Below the pieces are notes generated by a model. The model was not told where the DNA came from. It saw only the letters and a program-made list of their open reading frames with translations, and searched no databases. This document shows, in pieces, positions 49,102 to 57,467 of a stretch of 64,000 nucleotides of DNA. A program made the position numbers and the translations under genes. The stretch's first letter is position 1. Each line of letters begins with the position of its first letter. The stretch is from an uncultured bacterium (GTDB lineage: Bacteria; Acidobacteriota; Thermoanaerobaculia; Multivoradales; JAHZIX01). The stretch lies in contig CBDUPA010000003.1 in NCBI GenBank assembly GCA_965368975.1, positions 352,001-416,000 on the forward strand. The letters are read 5' to 3'.

Positions 49102-49944
49102 ATGACACGCCGCAAGCAACCGCGCCTTACGCCCCGAAAGAAATCGACACAGGGGTTCACCCTGGTCGAACTCCTGGTCGTCATGGCGATTGCGTTCGCC
49201 CTCATGATGATGGTCGGATTGCCGCTACTCAACACCCTGAACGCCCGCAAGCTCGACGGTTTCGCCCGCCAGGCGACAGTCCTGATGCGCAAGGCCCGCC
49301 TCGAGTCGATCGGCAACAACGTGCCGGCCGTCGTGGTGATCGATGTTGACCGCGGCGAAGTACTGGCTTTTGGCGATGTGCACAACGGAGCGGGAGACCT
49401 GCTGCGTCCCGACTTCGCCTACACACCGGTCGCGGGGCTGCTCGGCAAGGACACCGACTACCAAATAACTCGTCTCCGCCTGCCCAATGGAGTCGACTTC
49501 TCGGCACCAGCCGGCCACGACGTTCTCAGTGGTTTCACCACCAAGCGTCCGGCCTACAATTCTGATGGCATCGAGGTCGCATCGCTGCCGGCCGGTAGCG
49601 GTCTAGGCGGTGGCTTGGGCGGGGGCTTGGAGGGAGGCCTCGCAGCTGCTTTCTGGAGCGCTGACGGAGATGGCGGCGACTACGGGGGCACCATCGAGAC
49701 CTGGGGATGGGAGGAAGACACCTCTTCCGGCAACTTCAACATCGATCGACCGCGCCTGGTGTTCAGCTCGACCGGATCCGTTCGCACCACGGGCTGGGTT
49801 CGGGTGGGAGACAGCAGCGACAACTACCTGGAGATCCGCATCGAGCCGGCCGCGACCGGCAAGGTGAAACTGCGCAAATGGGATCGCGACTCCGACGAGT
49901 GGCGCTACCAAGGCGAGGGAGGGGAGGCCTGGGAATGGTATTGA
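49102..49944 (+). CDS. Type IV minor pilin, FimT/FimU-like
   Basis: Prepilin cleavage site QG|FTLVELLVVMAI, ARLESI and LVFSSTG. GGAGG RBS before ATG 49102. Confidence 0.88.
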   Translation: MTRRKQPRLTPRKKSTQGFTLVELLVVMAIAFALMMMVGLPLLNTLNARKLDGFARQATVLMRKARLESIGNNVPAVVVIDVDRGEVLAFGDVHNGAGDLLRPDFAYTPVAGLLGKDTDYQITRLRLPNGVDFSAPAGHDVLSGFTTKRPAYNSDGIEVASLPAGSGLGGGLGGGLEGGLAAAFWSADGDGGDYGGTIETWGWEEDTSSGNFNIDRPRLVFSSTGSVRTTGWVRVGDSSDNYLEIRIEPAATGKVKLRKWDRDSDEWRYQGEGGEAWEWY

Positions 49945-50483
49945 GACGCTCCTCTCGACGCGGCGGGCACCTACTTGCCGAGCTGCGCCGTGAACAAGGC
50001 CTATCGCTGGTCGAGACCCTGATTGCCGCGGCCATGCTGCTGATCGTCGCGATCGGTGTCTTGCCGCTGTTCACCCGGGCATTGAGCCACAACATCGCCG
50101 GTCGCGAATCGACGATGGTGAGCAACATGGCCAAGTCCGAAGTCGAAGAGATGGTGCAGATCCCCTTCGACAGCGCGCTGCTGGTCCTCGGCGCGGGGCA
50201 AACTGAAAACGGTGTCGAAGAATATTGGTCCGAGACGCAGCGCAGGTGGCTGACAACCCTGCCGAGCACCGACAAGACGACCTGGGTACGTAGCACCATC
50301 GTGCGCCAGTACAGCATCAACGACCTCGAAGACGATGCCGTCTTCAACACTCCGCTCGACGGTGCCGCGCTTCCAGGCTTCGTCCACCTCAAAGAGATCG
50401 AAGTGCAAGTCTGGAACGCCCGTGGCAACGGCCCGCTCGGTGGTGGCAAACGCCTCACGCTCAAGATGTTGAAAGCGAAATGA
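49935..50483 (+). CDS. Type IV minor pilin, PilV-like
   Basis: QG|LSLVETLIAAAMLLIVAIGV. True start is probably ATG 49935, within ORF 49707-50483. Confidence 0.85.
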   Translation: MVLRRSSRRGGHLLAELRREQGLSLVETLIAAAMLLIVAIGVLPLFTRALSHNIAGRESTMVSNMAKSEVEEMVQIPFDSALLVLGAGQTENGVEEYWSETQRRWLTTLPSTDKTTWVRSTIVRQYSINDLEDDAVFNTPLDGAALPGFVHLKEIEVQVWNARGNGPLGGGKRLTLKMLKAK

Positions 50484-51772
50484 ACGTACCTTTCGTGCAC
50501 CGAGTCACAAGGAACACCAGCATGCGACGCCACGCCCCAACCCACTGCCATCCCTGCGAGGCCGGCTTCAGCCTTTTCGAGGTGCTGGTATCCCTCTTTG
50601 TGACCGCAACCATCCTGGTCGCTGCGCTCAGCTTGTTTGATTTCAACAATCGCGTCACGCGGGTCGAGACGCAGGTGGCGGAGATGCAGCAGTCGTTGCG
50701 CGTGAGCCAGCAGGAAAGCGTTCGGCTGGTGCGCATGATCGGTCGCGGAGGTCTGCCCTCTGCCGATCCGACGCGCAAGCCCTGGCCGACCGGGATCTCA
50801 CTCGAAGTGCAGAACAATGTCTCCTCGGGTACCCAGCTAGGCAGTGGCGCTTCGGCACCGACGGTGCGTGCCAACACCGATGTGCTGACCGTACGCGGTG
50901 TCTTCTCGGCGCCCATGTACCAGATCAACTACACCGACCCGAGCCTCTTCACGCTGACGCCGCCGCCGCCGTCGGCTCCGACCGAAGGGACGATCGTGAT
51001 CATCAACCGGAGTCCGACGGGAGTTCTGCAGTCGCTGAGCCCGTTCAAGGATGCCGTCGACGCTGGCCGCCGCGAAGCAATCCTGCTGGTGAGCCCGATC
51101 GATGACACGCAGTATGCGATCGTCGAACTGGATCCGGCGGCCAGCACCGTCGCGGCAGACCAGAGTAGCGCCACGTTGGCCTTCAAGGTCAGCGGCGGCA
51201 CCAACACGGCGTCCTACCTGCAGATGTCGACCGGTGGAGCGTTTCCGGCAACGCTCAGTACTGTCGCCTTCGTTTCGATCCTGGAGGAATACCGCATCTT
51301 CATCCAGGAGTCGACCGATCAGGTCGACCGCTTCCAGAACCCCGTGCCACGCCTCGTCCGAGGCCGCTTCTTCCCGAACACCAACAGTCTGCACACAGCG
51401 TCGGATAGCTTGGCCGATGTCGCCGACTACATCGTCGACTTCCAGGTCGCCCTGGGGATCGATCTCAATGACGACGGCATCGTTGCTGATCTGGACAGCA
51501 ACGCCGACGAATACTTGTTCAATGCGACCGGTGACAACGCCGGTGACGCGGCCTGGCAGACCAATCCGTCGCCACCGCTCTTCCACCTGCGTCTGACCAC
51601 GCTGGCGCGCACCAACAATCCTGATCCCGGCTACCGCGACCGACCGATCACCAAACTTGAAGATCACGTCTACAACGAGTCCGAGGTCCCCGGCAGCGAG
51701 ACGGCTCGCCGCGAGCGTACCTATCGCCGCCGCTCGGTGACCACGACTGTCGATCTAAGGAACTTGTCATGA
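50480..51772 (+). CDS. Type IV minor pilin, PilW-like
   Basis: AG|FSLFEVLVSLFV, EMQQSLR, FQVALGIDLNDDG and C-terminal TTVDLRN. Confidence 0.87.
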   Translation: MNVPFVHRVTRNTSMRRHAPTHCHPCEAGFSLFEVLVSLFVTATILVAALSLFDFNNRVTRVETQVAEMQQSLRVSQQESVRLVRMIGRGGLPSADPTRKPWPTGISLEVQNNVSSGTQLGSGASAPTVRANTDVLTVRGVFSAPMYQINYTDPSLFTLTPPPPSAPTEGTIVIINRSPTGVLQSLSPFKDAVDAGRREAILLVSPIDDTQYAIVELDPAASTVAADQSSATLAFKVSGGTNTASYLQMSTGGAFPATLSTVAFVSILEEYRIFIQESTDQVDRFQNPVPRLVRGRFFPNTNSLHTASDSLADVADYIVDFQVALGIDLNDDGIVADLDSNADEYLFNATGDNAGDAAWQTNPSPPLFHLRLTTLARTNNPDPGYRDRPITKLEDHVYNESEVPGSETARRERTYRRRSVTTTVDLRNLS

Positions 51773-52392
51773 CCCTCTTTTCTTCGATCCGCCGAGGCTC
51801 CGACACCCAGGCTTGGTTGGCTCGAGCGTGGCGCTCCGGTGCGCGACGTTCCGAGAACGGCAGTGCGTACATCACCGTCCTCCTGGTAATGCTGGTCCTG
51901 ACCATGATGGGCCTGGTTCTCAGTCTGGTGACCCAGACAGAGATGGAAATCGGCGCCAACGAGCGATTGATCAACCGGACCTTCTATGCGGCCGATGCCG
52001 GCATCGAGGTCGCCATCGCCAAGGCCCTGGTGACCAACGACTATACGGCCAAGACCTTTCTCTACAAGGACGTCACCGGTGGCCCGATAGCCGAACTCGA
52101 ATTCGGTTCCGAAGTGTCTCTCACCCCGATGTTGCCGATTCTCGACTTGCCCTGCAACCTGTGTGAGATCAACAACGCTAGCACCTATCAGGGTGGCGGC
52201 AGCGCCCTGCGCAAGATCAACTATGCAGTGACCTCGACCGCCGTGCGCTATGGCCTCGGCGGTAATGGTACTCGGCGTCCGCTGGCCAGCAAACAACTCA
52301 GTGCCACCATTCAGGTGGAGCCGTGGCATGCCGCGACGGACGCCCTGCTGGCCCTCAACGACCAGACCCTGATCGACCAGATCAAGTTCTGA
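51769..52392 (+). CDS. Type IV minor pilin, PilX-like
   Basis: NG|SAYITVLLVMLVLTMMG without Glu5, and FYAADAGIE, both typical of the PilX N-terminus. Confidence 0.87.
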   Translation: MTLFSSIRRGSDTQAWLARAWRSGARRSENGSAYITVLLVMLVLTMMGLVLSLVTQTEMEIGANERLINRTFYAADAGIEVAIAKALVTNDYTAKTFLYKDVTGGPIAELEFGSEVSLTPMLPILDLPCNLCEINNASTYQGGGSALRKINYAVTSTAVRYGLGGNGTRRPLASKQLSATIQVEPWHAATDALLALNDQTLIDQIKF

Positions 52393-52415
52393 TGCGTCCC
52401 CCAAGGAGCCGCGCA

Positions 52416-55400
52416 ATGTTTACAGATTCGATTCGCCCCAGCTCTCTTGCCCAGACCGCTTCGAGCCTCGAAGCGCCGCGGCGTAGCTACAAATTCGCCG
52501 TCGTTCTTGCTCTGGTCGTTCTGTGCAACGCCTTGCTTCCCAGTCTGTTCACGCAGGCGCCCAACACGGCCCTGGCCGACGACACCGACCTGCTGCGCTT
52601 CAGCACCGCCAAGCCGTATGTCTTCGTGCTGCTGGACACTTCCAGTTCGATGAACCTGACGCCCGGCAATGACTGGGTGCACGGCAACGCCGACGATCCG
52701 CGCTCCAAGCTCTTCCAGGCGAAGTGGGCGCTCTACCAGGTGTTCAAGGACGTCGACGACGTGCACATGGGGTTCGCCTCGTTCCCCAACCAGGACACGA
52801 TGCGCATCCAGGCCAAGCACTGGCTGTATTTCGCGACCAGCGACCTGCCGAACGCCTGGCCGATCGGCTATCCCCTGGCCGAAACCGATGGCGCGATCAT
52901 CGGTACCGGTGCCGACGGTGAGATCGAGCTGGAACTGGACGCCGGTGACCTGATGACCTTCGGGTACCACTTCCCTGCCTACGAGAGTTCCGGCGTCGCG
53001 ACCGCGGGCACCTGCTCGGTGCCGCTCGACGTCAACCGCGACCGCGAGAAGATCAACCGTTTCGCCAAACTCGACGACAGCGGCGTGGGCGAGACGCGGA
53101 TCTGGATCGAACAGCAGAACAAGACCTATCTGATGCGCGTCACGAGTCCGAGCACCATTCCCGAGGATGCCAACAACGATGGTGTCGACGACACCAACTC
53201 GACCGGTCTCGGAGACCCCGAGATGTGGGTGCAACTCGATCTATTCAGGTTCCAGAACTGCAACGGCCTGGGTAGCTTGTCGACGATCTTGGCGGGAGCG
53301 CCTGACGCCTCTGAGCGAGTCAAGCTGGCACGCGGCTTCGACTTCCTGCTCTACGACAAGGATCTTGGTGCCAGCGGTGGCAAGAAACTCGATACCGAGA
53401 ACGAGGCTGGCTGGTGGGATTACCAGGACGTCATCGGCGACGCCACTTGTTCCTCACAGGCACCGTTCTCCGGCAAGGGCTGGGAGGGCAACTACGACAA
53501 CGATCCGCCCAACACCGGCGACAACACCTTCGACAAGGAAACAAGCGACGTCGACGAATTCTGCAACGGTCCGGGTGGCAACTCCGACTGCTATACGCTC
53601 AAGCGCCCAACCGCACTCAGTTCGTACGGTCGTGCCATGGATACCGGTGACGTGCTACCGCTGCACTGGTCAGTTCCCAACAAGGATGAGTTCCTGAGTC
53701 GCTTGGTGCCCAACCACCCGACGCCCGGCGTCTTCGGTTACAGCACGTCGCCGTACTTCGAGAACGTGCCGTCCGACCTGGGGTACAACCACCTTCAGTA
53801 CAACTCCTCCCGCGACCGTCCCCTGGTGGCCTTCGGCGAGAGCCCATTGGCCAAGGCGATCAACGACTTCCGCTGCTGGTACCTCTCGTCCAAGACGCCG
53901 GGCGGCAAGTGTAACAACCGCACGTACACGACCGGCTGGGAAGAAATCGCGCTGGCCAACGACTCCGACTGGGGTTGCCGCCGGCCCTTCCTGATCATCA
54001 TCACCGACGGGGAAAACTCCTGCACCGGTGGTGAGAGTCCGACCGCCGACGTCGCCAACCTGAACTCCAAGGCCGGTATCCAGACCTGGGTGGTCAACTT
54101 CGGCGGCGGCAATGGCGGCCAGCTGAACTCGATCGTGCAGAGCGGCAAGGGCGAACTGGTCAACGCCGCCACGCGTGACGAACTGCGCGACGCGCTCAAC
54201 ACCATCCTGGGTGAGATCCGCGAAGAAGTGCGTACCTTCGCCTCCGCCGCCGTGCCAACCGTACAAGCCACGGCCGAGGACAAGATCTATCTGACCAACT
54301 TCACGCCGCTCAACAGCAAGTCAGTGTGGGACGGCCACATCAACGCCTTCCTCAAGCCGCTACCCGTGACCGTCGACGGCCGCCCGGACATCACCAGCGA
54401 CCGCTTCCTGTGGGACGCCGGTGCCGAGATGCTGGCGCAGAGCGAGGGTCTCGGTCTGGCGGCGGATCAGCGGCGCGTCTTCTTCTCGCAACAGGGAGAA
54501 GCGGGGACGTGGGGCACCTTGCGGCGGCCCTTCGCCAACACGACCGATGCCGCCGCCAACCAGGAACTGTGGGATCTGCTCGGCTTCGGCGGCATGGCTG
54601 CGGCCGATGCCCAGATCGAGACGCAAAAGGTGCTGAACTTCATCTACAGCACCAAGATGCACACGCTGACCAACGCCGATGGCACGACGACGGACATCGA
54701 ATACGTGCTCGGTGACGTCTTCCACTCCAACCCGACCGTGATCGGCAACCCGGCCAACACGGTCTTCTTCGCCAACGACCACGAGGACTACCGTGATTTC
54801 GCTACGACCCACTCGACGCGGCGCAAGCTGCTGGCTGTGGGCGCCAACGATGGCATGCTGCACGTTTTCGACGCCGGTATCATCCGTGAACAGCCGGACG
54901 GGGAACTGCTCTATGACGACGGCACGGGCCGCGAACTTTTCGCCTACGTGCCGCGTTCGATGGTGCCGACGATCGGCTCGCTAGCCTCCGGCACCACCCA
55001 CAAGTGGGGGGTCGACGGTAGCGTGCGCGCCGCGGATGTCCACATCGACCCGGTGTTTTCGACCACTCCCGATCCGGATGAGCGCGAGTGGCGCACCGTG
55101 CTGATCGGGGGCATGCGCGAAGGCGGCCGCGCCTACTACGCGCTCGACATCACGCAGCCGGACAAGTTCGATGGCAGCATCCCCGAGCCGCTCACTGCGA
55201 ACTACAAGGGCAGCCCGGCGGCGGAAGACCAGGTCGACGACTACGTCCCTTCCTGTCTCGGCACTGCTTCCGCCACGGTAGTCGAGGCCGATTGCGGCCC
55301 CATCGCGTTCGGCGCCGCGCTGTGGGAATTCGAAGACAAGATCGAGGACATCACGGGTGATCTGATCGAGCTCGACGAAGACCGCGACGGCAACCACGAC

Positions 55401-56585
55401 CTGGGTGAGAGCTGGTCGACGCCGAACCTGGGCCGCATCCTGGTCTGCACGGACAGCAGTGGCTGCGATCCGTCCGACAGCCCGACCAAGGTCGAAGAGC
55501 GCTACGTCATGGTCATCGGTGGCGGCCTCGATCCGCTGAAGAACAACGCCACGGGTGACTTCATCTACATGATCGACATCGAGACCGGTGAGATTTTGTA
55601 CAAGCGCAAGGTGCAGGGCTCGATCCCAGCCGAGGTGGCCGCGGTCGATACCGACCAGGACGGCTTCCTCGACCGCATCTACGCCGCCACCACCCTGGGC
55701 AACCTCTACCGCATCGACCTGACCGCGGACTCGAGTGGCGACTACCCGGAAGTCAAGAACACCACGGTCTACGACATCAATGGCGATGCCTACACGGTAC
55801 CGCGCATCGACACCAACGAGTGGGTGCCGCGCGAGATCTTCGACGCCGGTGGTCGTACCATCTACTTCCGTCCGTCGGTGATCTTCATCGCGCGTCTCGG
55901 CCTCTATGCCATCGCGATCGGTACGGGCGACCGCGAGGATCTGTGGCAGCCGACCAGCCAAACCGGCCGCTTCTATGTCTTCGTCGACGATAGCGACGAG
56001 TACACCGGCACGTTGCCATACACCGAGTCCAACTTCAACATGGTGGACCTCAACGTCGCCTCGGTGACCGACGAGTACTTGTTCGAGACCACCATCGGTG
56101 GCCGTGGTTGGTACATCCCGCTCAATACCGACGAGCGTGTCATTACCCCGGCCTTCGCCCTCTCCGGCGTCACGATCTTCTCGACTTTCGAGCCAGAGGT
56201 GCAGGTCAGCGGCGTCAAGAATCCGGAGTGCTCCAAGGTGGGGGAGAGCCGCGTCTTCGTGGTCGACACGATCAGCGGCAACAGCCTGCTCTACGATGTC
56301 TCCGGCAACCAGGTGCGCTACAACGTGATCGACAACTTCGTCACCGAGCCGTTCGCGGAACTCGGCCAGACCAAGAACCCGGTCACCGGTGCCTCGGGCA
56401 GTACCGCGGATGACCTGACGCCGCAGCTGGAGCAGGTTCTCGAGCAGCTCAAGCAGCTGTTCCCCAGCAACTGCCGATTCTCCAACTTCCGCATCGACAT
56501 CAAGACCGTGGCTGCCGACACCACGATGAACTTCATCGCGCCGGTCCCGGTGTGCATCGTCGAGCGCAATTGGAAGGAGCAATGA
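52416..56585 (+). CDS. pilY1: PilY1/PilC type IV pilus tip adhesin with vWA domain
   Basis: Signal peptide, vWA MIDAS-like LLDTSSSM...IITDGE. Propeller motifs LGDVFHSNP, VGANDGMLHVF, ELFAYVP, GMREGGRAYYALDIT and GTGD. AAGGAG RBS. Confidence 0.9.
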   Translation: MFTDSIRPSSLAQTASSLEAPRRSYKFAVVLALVVLCNALLPSLFTQAPNTALADDTDLLRFSTAKPYVFVLLDTSSSMNLTPGNDWVHGNADDPRSKLFQAKWALYQVFKDVDDVHMGFASFPNQDTMRIQAKHWLYFATSDLPNAWPIGYPLAETDGAIIGTGADGEIELELDAGDLMTFGYHFPAYESSGVATAGTCSVPLDVNRDREKINRFAKLDDSGVGETRIWIEQQNKTYLMRVTSPSTIPEDANNDGVDDTNSTGLGDPEMWVQLDLFRFQNCNGLGSLSTILAGAPDASERVKLARGFDFLLYDKDLGASGGKKLDTENEAGWWDYQDVIGDATCSSQAPFSGKGWEGNYDNDPPNTGDNTFDKETSDVDEFCNGPGGNSDCYTLKRPTALSSYGRAMDTGDVLPLHWSVPNKDEFLSRLVPNHPTPGVFGYSTSPYFENVPSDLGYNHLQYNSSRDRPLVAFGESPLAKAINDFRCWYLSSKTPGGKCNNRTYTTGWEEIALANDSDWGCRRPFLIIITDGENSCTGGESPTADVANLNSKAGIQTWVVNFGGGNGGQLNSIVQSGKGELVNAATRDELRDALNTILGEIREEVRTFASAAVPTVQATAEDKIYLTNFTPLNSKSVWDGHINAFLKPLPVTVDGRPDITSDRFLWDAGAEMLAQSEGLGLAADQRRVFFSQQGEAGTWGTLRRPFANTTDAAANQELWDLLGFGGMAAADAQIETQKVLNFIYSTKMHTLTNADGTTTDIEYVLGDVFHSNPTVIGNPANTVFFANDHEDYRDFATTHSTRRKLLAVGANDGMLHVFDAGIIREQPDGELLYDDGTGRELFAYVPRSMVPTIGSLASGTTHKWGVDGSVRAADVHIDPVFSTTPDPDEREWRTVLIGGMREGGRAYYALDITQPDKFDGSIPEPLTANYKGSPAAEDQVDDYVPSCLGTASATVVEADCGPIAFGAALWEFEDKIEDITGDLIELDEDRDGNHDLGESWSTPNLGRILVCTDSSGCDPSDSPTKVEERYVMVIGGGLDPLKNNATGDFIYMIDIETGEILYKRKVQGSIPAEVAAVDTDQDGFLDRIYAATTLGNLYRIDLTADSSGDYPEVKNTTVYDINGDAYTVPRIDTNEWVPREIFDAGGRTIYFRPSVIFIARLGLYAIAIGTGDREDLWQPTSQTGRFYVFVDDSDEYTGTLPYTESNFNMVDLNVASVTDEYLFETTIGGRGWYIPLNTDERVITPAFALSGVTIFSTFEPEVQVSGVKNPECSKVGESRVFVVDTISGNSLLYDVSGNQVRYNVIDNFVTEPFAELGQTKNPVTGASGSTADDLTPQLEQVLEQLKQLFPSNCRFSNFRIDIKTVAADTTMNFIAPVPVCIVERNWKEQ

Positions 56586-57367
56586 TGCAGCAACTCTGCA
56601 AGCTGACCAAGGTCGCGACCCTCGCGGTACCTCTGGCGGTTATCCCCCTGGCGTGCATGCTCCTGGCGGCAGCACCGCCGGCAGCTGCCGACTGGCTGGT
56701 CACCACCAGCGGGGCGAAGATCGAGACCCAAGGTCCGTGGGAGGTCAAGGGACGCCTGGTCGTCTTCCGTCAGGCTGATGGGACGCTGGCCTCCCTGCGC
56801 GCCACCAAGGTCGACCTGGACGCTAGCGCGCGCCTGACCGAAGAGCGCTCGCGACCCATCGTCGAGCCGCCTCCGGCTCCGGTGCCGGAGTACGAAGGCC
56901 CGCGACTGGTGCTGACCGACGACGACGTGGCCCGCTACGTCCCGCCACCGGCCGAGCAGGAAGCCGACGAGACTGCAGGGGAGGGGAGCGAGGGTGCCGC
57001 CGCAGATGCCCCCGCTGCAGGCGGTCTGGCCGTGAGCGGCTGGCAACTCGACGATGGGTATGACGGATCCGGGCTGCGCATCATCGGCACGCTGACCAAT
57101 GGCACGCGCGAAGTCGCGGCGTCACTCTCCCTGGCCGTCGTGGCCTACGACTCGGACGGTACCGAGATGGGGACGAGCGAAGCGGTCCTCAGCGCCACCA
57201 CGCTGCCACCCGGCGAACGCACCCGATTTCGCGCGGAGTTTTCCAACCTCGCCAACTTCACCTCGATCCGCTTCCGTCCTTTCGCAGCCCAGAGCTTCGC
57301 CACGGCGAGTACGGCGGCCAGCGGAGACGGGAGTGAGACGAATTCAGAAGAGGCCGTCCCTGAATAG
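56582..57367 (+). CDS. Exported protein with C-terminal FxLYD-like Ig domain
   Basis: Signal peptide ending AAA|DWLV. C-terminal IIGTLTN..VVAYDSDG..LPPGERTRF. Coupled to the pilY1 stop. Confidence 0.72.
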   Translation: MMQQLCKLTKVATLAVPLAVIPLACMLLAAAPPAAADWLVTTSGAKIETQGPWEVKGRLVVFRQADGTLASLRATKVDLDASARLTEERSRPIVEPPPAPVPEYEGPRLVLTDDDVARYVPPPAEQEADETAGEGSEGAAADAPAAGGLAVSGWQLDDGYDGSGLRIIGTLTNGTREVAASLSLAVVAYDSDGTEMGTSEAVLSATTLPPGERTRFRAEFSNLANFTSIRFRPFAAQSFATASTAASGDGSETNSEEAVPE

Positions 57368-57400
57368 AGGCGGTCGGATATAGCAGGTTCCCTTGTTTTT

Positions 57401-57429
57401 GGCCCCGGGTGGATCTACCGCCCGGGGCC
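57401..57429. terminator. Stem-loop between the convergent pil operon and smc
   Basis: Perfect 9-bp stem GGCCCCGGG ... CCCGGGGCC. Confidence 0.55.
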
Positions 57430-57467
57430 TTCCCTTGCTGGCTTAGCAGTTGCCTTGGCAAGCCGGC

